From Octopus sinensis (lineage: Eukaryota), in the NCBI RefSeq assembly GCF_006345805.1, contig NC_043009.1, positions 4,960,001-5,024,000 of the forward strand: DNA of 64,000 bases. The letters are read 5' to 3'. The translations under genes and the position numbers were made by a program. Below, piece after piece: positions 53,400-64,000 of the stretch; positions within the stretch are counted from its first letter, which is position 1, and the number at the start of each line of letters is the position of its first letter. The notes below the pieces were generated by a model. It was not told where the DNA came from. It did no database searches and saw only the letters and a list, made by a program, of their open reading frames with translations.

Positions 53400-53655
53400 G
53401 ATTCACTTCAACATTTAAGTTTAATTTGTCAAAATATTTTCGTCGCTAAAATTCGCGACCTGTTCACTGACAAGAACAGGTCGCGGATTTTAGCGACGAA
53501 AATATTTTGACAAATTAAACTTAAATGTTGAAGCGAATCGAACGACTTTTGTGTGTTTCTTAAATGGCTTACAAACACCTTCCACGCTGCAATTGTTTTC
53601 GTTCCAGCACACGATCTCAGATCAAATCACTTGCTATGCGAGTACATCTCCGTAA
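53400..53655. mobile_element. Family P3 copy with a 66-bp fold-back
   Basis: Arms 53400-53465 / 53474-53539, loop actgacaa. The right part matches 12422-12603. Confidence 0.8.
53426..53473 (-). ncRNA. Minimal type I hammerhead ribozyme, G3-C8 variant (second copy)
   Basis: UUGUCA-GUGAACA-G-GUCGC-gaauuuua-GCGAC-GAAA-AUAUU-U-UGACAA; predicted cut between 53432 and 53431. Confidence 0.55.
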
Positions 53656-54120
53656 AGTTTTGTTTGGTTATGAGAAATTTTGTTGAAATCGTAAATGTCA
53701 ATTATTATTGAAATAGTTTTCATTATTTAGTCTTTCAAGTTCACCTATTTTCTGAATTTATTGAAGCATTAGAAACTTATACTTAGCGTCCGCTTTTCAT
53801 TTCGTTAAAGTTCATTATCAAGAACGACGTCTTATTAAATATACATAAGAGAATTAAAACCATACATTGAAATTATCAGTCGCGAAATCCTTTATGGATG
53901 ACTAAAATAATAAAAATTGTACTTGGAGATGAATTTGAAACCCAAATTATCACAAATCAAGAATTCTGCAGTAATTTATCTGTAAATTAGGCGTAGGCAT
54001 GGCTCTGTGATAGGAAGGGTGCTTCCTAAATAAATGGCACAAGGTTTAGTTGTATTGTGTGGTATCTTAGCCGCGTGCCGACCAAAGCGTTGCAGGCCGT
54101 AGATGATGTACGTGTGTGCT

Positions 54121-54159
<39 letters not shown>

Positions 54160-54219
54160 GTGTGTGTGTGTAAATATAAATATACATATAGACAGTTTCT
54201 GCGTCCTATGAGTAATTGC

Positions 54220-54355
54220 AAAGGGGAGCCATCCTCCCCGTTTTAAACCTATGATACACACGGACTCGAGTTTCTGGATTTTGACGAGGCGGGAAGGACA
54301 GAAACTCGAGTCCGTGTGTATCATAGGTTGAAGACGGGAAGGATGGCTTCCCTTT
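54220..54355. repeat. 57-bp-arm hairpin whose loop and right arm carry an HHR-like core
   Basis: Arms 54220-54276 / 54299-54355. Plus strand reads UUGACGA-ggcgggaaggaca-GAAA-CUCGAG-U-C, with a palindromic stem III ACUCGAGU. Confidence 0.7.
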
Positions 54356-54521
54356 TCAAATACTGATAGGGCACAGAAAGCGTGTCAATAGCCAGCTGGA
54401 GGAGGTGTCCTCCTGGGGCTACAAGCTACAGTAGCATCCACCCTTAGTGGTTAGCCACATTTAAGTGGCAAACGTACTTCACGATGCCGTGCAGCTACTG
54501 TTTATACCTCGCTCAGAGATT

Positions 54522-54555
<34 letters not shown>

Positions 54556-54604
54556 ATATATATATAATATATATATATATATTATATATATATATAATAA
54601 TAAT

Positions 54605-54815
54605 AATAAATATTAGGGAATAAATCCAAATTTACAGGGAAAAAAATCAGATTTATGATTAAATCCAATTTTATAGTAAAATATTATATAATATTAATTA
54701 GAGACGGTTTTTTTACTTTTTTTTACTTTTTTTTACTTTTTATTAAAATGTTATGTATTGATTAAGTCTTTCATTGTTTGTTTTGCAAAATAGTGGTTTT
54801 GTCTCTAATTAATAT
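54605..54815. repeat. Family P2 internally deleted copy
   Basis: Joins both ends of the 21155-21790 element. Confidence 0.7.
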
Positions 54816-55107
54816 TATATATATATATATATACACATATACATACACACACGTGTCAGTGTGTGTATGTGTATGTGTGTGTGTGTGGATGTTTGTTTGT
54901 GTCTCTGTTTGCCCACCACTACTACTTGCTAACCAATGCCTTTGTTTTACCTCTTCGTTATTTAGTCTTTCGGCAGATCTGGCTAAAATTAGGTATTGGG
55001 ATCGATTGATTCGATGAAAATTTCTTCGAGACAGGAAAATTAATTTAGATCTTACATAAGTTATTACACTTAGTCACCTATAGTAAGTGATGTAATTTGA
55101 AGCGGAA

Positions 55108-55138
<31 letters not shown>

Positions 55139-55931
55139 ATATGATCCGAAATATATTAAAATTATGTGTTTTGTGATGCTACTTATCCTAATAGTACAAT
55201 CATTTTGATATAAGGGTTACGTAGCTATATCTCTTCAATTTACTCTCTTCTCGGATTATTTGTTAAGTATTTACAGATTTATATGTTCTTAAATTTACCA
55301 TATGGATGTCTATGATGTTATGCACACAACTATAGATGCCCTTAATTGAACTTTCGTTGAAAGTCTTCTGATATCTGCGAGCAATATACTGATTGATGAA
55401 GGGAAAATCCTTGATACAGAAACAATATTAAACAGATAACGCTTCCATTTTTACAAGTAGCATAATTCGCGTTACTCACAATCTTTCAATTTTGTGTTGT
55501 TAACGCCTGCTCACGTGATTGTAGAGTTGGGATGCTTTGCTGACTAATTCTTTGATTGATGACAGCTTTGATACTAGCTCTACTCCTCCATGTTGTGTAA
55601 TGTTAAAAATTCTGTCAACAGAGCTGTAATGGTAGTCATGGTGAATTAAAGTGTTTCTTAAAACTGAAGGATTTTTCGTAAAGTTATAATTATATGTTTG
55701 AATTCATTTTGCTTTTCGATATCCTCCAACACAAGGATATTCGTGATTCCTGAAAGCTTAGAGTTTGAATTACTTTGCATGAGGGGGGGGAGGTTGAAGA
55801 GAATAATCGTCTCATTCAATATCCAGCAATATTGTGTTAAGATCACGAGTCTGATATATTTATACATACATATATACCGACATACATACAAACATCGGTG
55901 CATACGTACACACACACGCACACTAATGTAT

Positions 55932-55964
<33 letters not shown>

Positions 55965-57124
55965 CAGAGCATCAATGTATGCGGTTTCTAATTGTTGAGA
56001 GAATAAATATGGATCAATTTTATGTGTCAGCTATTCAAACTTCAGTGGTAATTGTCCATTAAATATCGTCTGTTGTTGCAGTAAACAACAAAACGCCAGG
56101 CGTATGATGCTAAATCTATTTCGCAATGAATACAGAAGTGGTCATATAGACATAATTATCTTTCAATTAAGCAGGAGAATATAAAACAAGTCTACCATCA
56201 ACTCAAATAAACTGAGACATTTTATAGTTTACTAAAAAGAAACCCAAACAAATGTGCACAATGAAACAGGGGGAAATGTTTTGATGATTATGAAACATAA
56301 TATATATTTTATCGACGCTAACGATTGATTAGTCTGAGTCTTCTATTATAAAGAATTCAAAACTTATATATCACTTTCTTACTTAGAGGTATAATACTCG
56401 CTAAAATAGTATTGATACATCCACAAGGAAGTTCGAAAATACCACTGAAAAATCATCGTTAGCGAAAGTAGAAAAGCTTTTGTAGTCTTACCACCAATGT
56501 ATTGCAATACTGAGGATCACTGCATGAAAGAAATTAAATTGACACATGAATTTCCCAGCGGCATGAGACATAACACGTGGACGAAACCCACCGAGCACGA
56601 ATTTCTATACAGTTGATATTACTTAGCCAAGGTTGGGAGTTTGGTTGCTTTATGTATATACTGATTGAATTAAAATAACGCAAAATTAAAACGAATATTT
56701 AAATACACATATTAATATCCTGAAAGTAATAACAGAGAAGAAATATGGAAAATAAATTGGGAAGACAAAAACTGTCCTCAATAAACCAACAAAAGAATAT
56801 TAAAAGAGCGCTGAAGCATTGCCCTTGATATCTATTGGTCAAATCGAATGTCAAATAAAATTGAAACAGGAAGTAACAACAACCGGTATTCATTTGAATT
56901 TAGGGAAAACAAACGACATTATAGAGTGTTTTCAAAATGTAATTCTGATATTTGAAGTTGAACAAATGATGCATAATTTTTTCAATGACAATTGATATGC
57001 CTTTCTGTGCGTTTCTAATGGCACATTAACGTTAAATTCACTAACATTAAAACCTTAACGGATCATTTCCTTAAATTTCAATAACGGCATATAGGCACAA
57101 AATATAGTACCTATGGGTGCACAT

Positions 57125-57202
<78 letters not shown>

Positions 57203-57399
57203 TGCATATATATATATATATGAATGCGTGTGCGTTTGTGCGTGTATGTGTGCGCCAGTGTGTGAGTGTGTCTGTCGTAGAGAGAACATATGTGTGTTTG
57301 TGTGCGCCGCTTGTGAATGCCTCCTATTACGAAGCAGGAAAACATGCAAAACATAATTATATATATGTTTATATATATACATGTTTATATATATGTTTA

Positions 57400-57476
<77 letters not shown>

Positions 57477-59404
57477 GTCTGTCTGTCAGTCTATCTATGT
57501 ATATATATTTATAGATATATATACACATGCATGTATTCATACTTATTGTTAAAATCTTGACAGATTTCCGATATTCAGTTTCACATTTCCGATTGTACTA
57601 AAGATATACTTGGATTCTCAGAGCGACAATATGTAAAAGAAAATATTCAAAAACAGAGGAAGCTATGATTAGAGAACCCTCCATAATTTAATGAGTTCCT
57701 ACCATCTGGTAAAATTATTTGATATTCAAACTATTCATTAGCTGATGCAAAATACACGATTTATTTAATGTTTGAATTGCATTTGTAAAATACACCTGTG
57801 CAAGGAATGTATCATGTATCATGATATCTTAAAGTTTCTGAAATGGGCCCTTTATTGTGACAAATCCATATATAATGCGTTGAAATCTGAAATTGAGATG
57901 TTTGTTGAACATTGTAAAATATTAAAATATAATTCTATATTTTCCTCGGGGGCTGTGATTGCAGCCTCTGAAAAATTGCTATAGTGAAACTCGAGTTTGT
58001 AATATTACAAACATTTTAAAAACTCAATATCATTATCCTTTATAAACAAAATATATTTGGATAATACATAAACTTGATTGAATTGCTGAATATATACACT
58101 GATCCCATATTTTGCTCAGTATCTGTGGTATACGGAAAGACCAGCCGATTTTGCATCCAGAAGTAACTGTGACTGGTTGACATAAATTCACCTAAACCTT
58201 GTACTACCTCGGGTACATACTGTGCAGACGTTTCTGCTTTCACTGTCTACGGGTACTATATAATTGTTGCTTTTCCTAGTTGTTTGGTCCCCCTTAAACC
58301 TACGTAGGAATTTTTCACTTAATGTAGTGCCCTCAGCGTATCATCCATGTTTTGTCTGACCCATACATTTCACACTAGTTACTATTCGCAGTCATCTTGA
58401 AGTTGCATTTCGAATTCTCTCTTTGCATGTATCTATTTTGTCAATCTCAGCGAGTTCACGGAATCTAAACGAGCTACAAGACCTGTCATTTCAAGCAGGA
58501 TCGTGGCATTTATCGTTGGACGTATCGATAAATATCGATGCATTTATCGATGCAGTCATGAACCACAGTGCCACAGAATGAGGCGTATGCATTTCAGTAG
58601 AGATATTGTCTATACATGTTACAACATTCAAATCTGGGTCAATCGGAAGTAATTAAAAATGCGATCTGCACCACACTGATCACGAAGCATTGTACGCAAG
58701 GTTAATAACAAAGAATTATAAGACAATATTCCAAAGCTTATGCTTTTCAAAAAGCACCACAATCCCGTTATATGAAATTAGATATTTTGAAAAAAAAACA
58801 ATATACAATGTTGCTTGAGAATCCGGAACGTAACAAAACAGCACATATAAAGAAAAGAACGATGCAGTTGGTTGTTTTATGATGCGGAAATATTGCTAGT
58901 ATTGTTAATTATGCATGGAAAACAAACACAAAACACGGGACAGTCTCATTTCTAGAGTGAAGGAAAACCATGATAACTATAAACATCTGAAAGACAAAGG
59001 CAGTATTCAAATTTAAACACTATGTACGATCTTCATTTCCATGGATGTAATTTTCTGTGTTGTTGCTTCATTTGTATATAATCATAGCATATAAGCTGTC
59101 AAATAATTATACAACAACACGTTGTGTTAGAACAGTGTAATTGTCTTAAATCCACCTCAAACATGTTTCTTACGGCTTTTATCGACTTCAGACAAATGAA
59201 TAACAATGTGAAGCTTGGTAGTTTCTTATAATTAATGACCCAGACAGAGTCGAGCACACACAAATACAAACATGATAAAGATCAAACATCATTATTTCAT
59301 ACTCTGATAAAATAAGTCAAAATATACTGTACATACAACATATTTGAAAAATTGATAAAGTGAAAGTAGTCTACGAGATGACGATTCAGAGACATGGAGA
59401 TTAT

Positions 59405-59545
59405 AGAAAATCGCCCATGCATTATTGGTAAAGACGGCTAGGAAAATAACTGTCTCCTAATAGATTTATCAATACCAATAGATGACAATACATCTATGTA
59501 CGAAATAGAGAAACTTTCAATATAAAAATGCAGAGATAACAAGTA
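59405..59545 (+). mobile_element. R4/Dong-type LINE fragment, RLE domain
   Basis: NRPCIIGKDG*ENNCLLIDLSIPIDDNTSMYEIEKLS resembles the RPD...LID.SIP...KE.EK restriction-like endonuclease motif. Confidence 0.65.
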
Positions 59546-59819
59546 AGTCGTTATTAAGCATACAGAGGCACTCTCGATAATGTTATATGTTGAGAGTATG
59601 GTGAAGTTGAACAGACTGGTAGGAACATATAAATTGAAAAGACAGCTTTATACACGCACAAAACATACAGAAAGAAGGAAGTCAAGGCACTCCTTGTATA
59701 TACAATACTTTCAGTTCGACAAAAGAACAAATGAACTAATAGACATCATGGACGTAAAACAAAGAGTAACACTCGGTTGGGGAGCAAATGTGTATCGTGA
59801 AAATAGGTAGGCTAAAGAC

Positions 59820-59856
59820 AATAATAATAATAATAACAATAATAATAATAATAATG

Positions 59857-59889
<33 letters not shown>

Positions 59890-59901
59890 GTAATGATAAT
59901 A

Positions 59902-59939
<38 letters not shown>

Positions 59940-60160
59940 GTAATGATAATAATAATAATAATAATAATAATAATAGTAATGATAATAATAATAACAATAA
60001 CAACAACAATAATGATGATGATGATGAGGATGGTGATAATAATAATAATAATAATAATAATAGTATAATAATAATAATAATAATAATAGTAATGATAATA
60101 ATAATGATAATAATAATAACAATAACAACAACAATAATGATGATGATGATGAGGATGGTG

Positions 60161-60226
<66 letters not shown>

Positions 60227-60244
60227 GTAATGATAATAGTAATG

Positions 60245-60284
<40 letters not shown>

Positions 60285-60320
60285 GAAGAAGAAGAAGAAG
60301 AAGAATGGTGATGATAATAA
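59820..60320. repeat. (AAT)n compound microsatellite with a higher-order internal duplication
   Basis: Direct reading; the block aacaataacaacaacaataatgatgatgatgatgaggatggtgat occurs twice. Confidence 0.95.
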
Positions 60321-60329
60321 CAGTGACAA

Positions 60330-60830
60330 TAAATCTCTTAATACTGGAGACGTAAAAATTTCACGTGGCATTTTCCAGTGTGAGTCTCTATCACAACTCC
60401 TCTTTTGCCTAGCCTTAATACCTCTCTTGAAATTGCTCAATGATGTACAGTACGGTTACAAAATATTTGATAAAAATATAAATCATCTCATTGACATGGA
60501 TAATTGAAAGCTCTTTGCGAAAAATGACCAACAACTACAGGGCTTTCTAGTGATTGTTAAACAATTCAGTGATGACATCAGGATGCAATTTGGCCTCGAT
60601 AAATGTACAAAAGCTACCTTTATCAAAGGAAAAAGGACAGAAGAATGTCATAAGGAATTAAAACCAGCGGAGAGCTATAAATACTTAGGGATATTTGAAG
60701 GGGACGGAATCAAACATTCAGTGATGAGGGAAAGGGCCAGAAGAGAATGTTATCGATGAGTGAGATCAATACGCAGTACAGAGCTGATGCAAGAAACAAG
60801 ATCTAAGCGATCAACACTTTAGCCATACCC
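60330..60830 (+). mobile_element. R4/Dong-type LINE fragment, RT domain
   Basis: GDVKISRGIFQCESLSQLLFCLALIPL...INHLIDMDN*KLFAKND...FSDDIRMQFGLDKC...YKYLGI. Confidence 0.85.
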
Positions 60831-61899
60831 GCATACACGCACACATTCACACATGCGCACAAACGATTTCATATACACGTCTATATACGAACAGGGAAAA
60901 TGCAGGGTGGATGGCAGAATACAGAAAAAGTATGCGTAAATCATATATGAGCAATAAACCTATAAAAACAATATTTCTATAAATATGTAAAAGATATATA
61001 TATATATAATATATATATATATATCATATAAAGACATATAAGTAAAAAGTATAGAGAGATAAAACATTGTACGTAGACACAATATAGAAAGCAAGTCCTA
61101 TCTGTAATCTCGGGGGAACCAAACACGTAACAAATATTTAGCCACTTGTGGAAGAATATATATATACAGTGAAAAGAATATATATACATACACTGAAAAG
61201 AATGTATATATATATATATATATATATATACATACAAAAATGTAGCTTCCCCCAGATCCACCGCCACAGCAATATGAGCGTAAAAAGGTAAGCAATGCAA
61301 TAGTTCTAAACGAAAGCTGCAAACCTGTGAGTAAAATTTAAAATTTAAATTTTATTTACATATACATCCATATTTATACAAGACCGCTAGATATATGCAC
61401 ATTGCTGTTTCCTCTCGGTCTCTCGCTGATACATCAATAATTATTATAACTACGAAATAAACATCAATACATGTCCATGAGCAGTTTTCAGTTAAAAATA
61501 CAGACGCTGTAAAAATGAAGCTATTAAAAAACAATCAAAAGAGAAAGGACGGTAGATAGATAACCATGACTACTATGAAATAGTTGACTTATGATTTACA
61601 TACACTACTATGCAAAACTACTCCAAGCAGAAGAATAGCGTAAATACTCAAGAAAATGAAGAAAGTCTGCAACATGTGCCATAGAAGGCCGAGACCCACA
61701 GAAGAACATTGTGTGTTGATTGTGCGCTGCACAAACAACACACAATTAAAAAACTAATACTACAGAAAACTCAAACGAAACCCCATAACAAAACATACTG
61801 ATGCAATACAATATCTCCCAGCCACCAAATAAATGCTACACACACCACCCCACCGGTCCAAAGGTGCAACAACTGATGCAATAAAATGTAGCTTGAAGC

Positions 61900-62930
61900 T
61901 ATCAGATGTCGAAAAATAATAGTGGTGATGACGTTGGTCGCGTGCGTTACCTTACCTCAGTTAAGAGTCACAGGAGTTTTCGTAGAACCTCAGGTTGTGA
62001 CAGCGAAAATGAAGCTGGATCTTTAAGGGAAGACCTCTCGCTCGGCAGTAGTTTAGTAAAGATGCAAACTGACCACGTTGTGATCCTAATACAGAGGATA
62101 ATAGAGTAAGGAGGAGGAAGTGGACGAGCGAAGAAAACAGGAAAGTGATGCAGTGCTACTTCGAAAGTGAAACAAAAAGAAGTGGCCATAGAAAACGGAT
62201 GTTAATATTTTGGGTAGAAATGGGTATGTTTAATGTGACTGAGCAGAGATTAGTAGATCAAGCTACTGTTATTAGAAGGAAGTGGATGATAGAATTTGAG
62301 TTAGAAGGGACCACATGAGAACTAGAAAAGAAACACCAGGCAGTGAGAAAGACAAACAACATAAGAGATACGTCTCAAACCAATGAAGAATCTAAAGGAA
62401 AACATAATAATAGCGCTACCAATAAGGAATGGACAACTGGCACCAGCGACTTGAGTGATTTAAATGAGGAAGATCAAAAGACTTTCGACGAGTTGCAGGA
62501 AGTAATGAGTAAAGAAGTAAGAAAAAGATAGCCAGCATTAAATGGCACCAACTGAAGAAAGTTGCTAGAAATGACTAGGAAAGTAGATTCTGTTATCAGT
62601 AGGATAAATGCTAAAAATGTAGGAGACACTAACCTATTGATATTTGTAAGAGGGTAAGTAGTTACAAGATGATTAGGTATCTCACAGGGAAAGATTGAAA
62701 AAGAGCAAATGTGGAAAAGGAGACTAGAAAATAAACTGAAGACTTTAAAGCAAGGACTAAGTTGAATAGAAGCCTGGAAACTGAACAAGTTAGGAAACAC
62801 AAGATGTAAATCTTCCCTCGAGAAAAGATACTTAGTCAAAGAGAAAGGATTTGGGTCAATAATAGAAGAATTGAAACACCGTATGGTAGCAGAAACAGGT
62901 AAGCCCTCCATATATCAGATATTGGTATCA
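61900..62930 (+). mobile_element. R4/Dong-type LINE fragment, N-terminal region
   Basis: RMLIFWVEMGMFNVTEQRLVDQA and WKRRLENKLKTLKQGLS...LEKRYLVKEKGFGSIIEELKHRM. Confidence 0.75.
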
Positions 62931-63024
62931 ACCATATAGATTCCATATATGGAAGGCACGCTTGATGCCGAAATATTGTTCAACCAATTTCACATGATAT
63001 GACACTCTTCTATTTATTTGTTTA

Positions 63025-63036
63025 ATAATTATAATG

Positions 63037-63080
<44 letters not shown>

Positions 63081-63168
63081 TAATAACAACAAAAATAATA
63101 AAAACAATAATAATAACAACAATAATAACAACAACAACAACAGCAATAACAATAAAAATAACAATAAC

Positions 63169-63265
<97 letters not shown>
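63025..63265. repeat. (AAT)n/(AAC)n microsatellite
   Basis: Direct reading. Confidence 0.95.
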
Positions 63266-63266
<1 letters not shown>

Positions 63267-63967
63267 ATGGCCTGTTGCAGTACCAGGCAGTGGCTCTCAT
63301 GGCTTCTGATAGTATCAGTCTATTAAATATAAGCGGAAGATATATGGAGGTATGTGATGTAAGCGAATGGAGCACAATAGCTATTAAGATGAGTATTTCC
63401 TGCAAGATATATCTATTCGTATGAATGCAAGTTGTATACTTGTAGAAGCTGGCCCTTCCGATGAGGTCACTCTCGGATAATGTTTGTCTTTTGGGTAATA
63501 TAGCATCTGGGCTTACCTTCATCACATGGTCTTTCGTGTCTACTTTAAGTGGGTGAAATTTGAAGACGGCGTTTTACCCATAACTTTTTGCGATCGTATC
63601 CATACCTATTCTTTCATGACTGTTCACATTATAGACGGTTATTTATGAAGAGGACAAACACTGACCTTTATCCAACAAGAAGCGGGGAAATAAAAAAAAC
63701 GAAGCAGAATACGGATAAATCACATGGCTACATGTTCTTTTTTTTTCAGAAAAGAAGGAAATATAAGGGACAGTAATGAATAAGAATTGCACTAAAATAA
63801 TTAGATTAAAAAATTAAATACTATCTTCAATTTACCGTGGCAGCCTGGAAAGTATGTTTGGCCAAATAATCATGTGCTGGCGAGAGATGAAGGGTTCGTT
63901 GACCAAAAGAGTTATTCAAGAATGATAAGATCTCTCCTTTCCCTTTTGATTGTTATCTGGTCCTATT

Positions 63968-64000
<33 letters not shown>

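Noticed and set aside
58040-58700. Possible decayed transposon coding sequence on minus (faint resemblance to tyrosine recombinase, piggyBac or Helitron motifs)
   Set aside because: The motifs are inconsistent in order and frame; no family could be supported by eye. It needs a translated HMM search.
61930-62010. Nested hairpin near the Dong 5' end as an HDV-like ribozyme
   Set aside because: No double-pseudoknot pairing or catalytic C context could be assigned.

Overview
AT-rich animal genomic DNA, saturated with (TA)n, (CA)n, (ATCT)n and (AAT)n microsatellites. The repeat families look like octopus/coleoid cephalopod; that is inferred from repeat content and was not checked by a search. No host protein-coding gene can be called with confidence: most listed ORFs are microsatellite artefacts, and only a few weak splice-site-bounded exon candidates remain. 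The mobile-element content is: a near full-length CR1-clade LINE (49.6-53.4 kb, minus; CCCH-finger ORF1, APE+RT ORF2), a decayed RTE LINE (40.0-42.6 kb), R4/Dong-type fragments, Tc1 and mariner remnants and MITEs, and at least five tRNA-headed SINE families (labelled A-E here). Most notable are about 12 hammerhead-ribozyme (HHR) motifs in at least 7 unrelated Penelope-like or fold-back repeat families. One is a fully canonical minimal HHR (16.1 kb). One family, with copies at 12.4 and 53.4 kb, has the catalytic C3-G8 pair swapped to G3-C8 (GUGAACA). The commonest SINE (A) shares its 3' stem-loop, with compensatory changes, with the CR1 LINE in the same window. All structures were folded and translated by eye, and none has been checked computationally.
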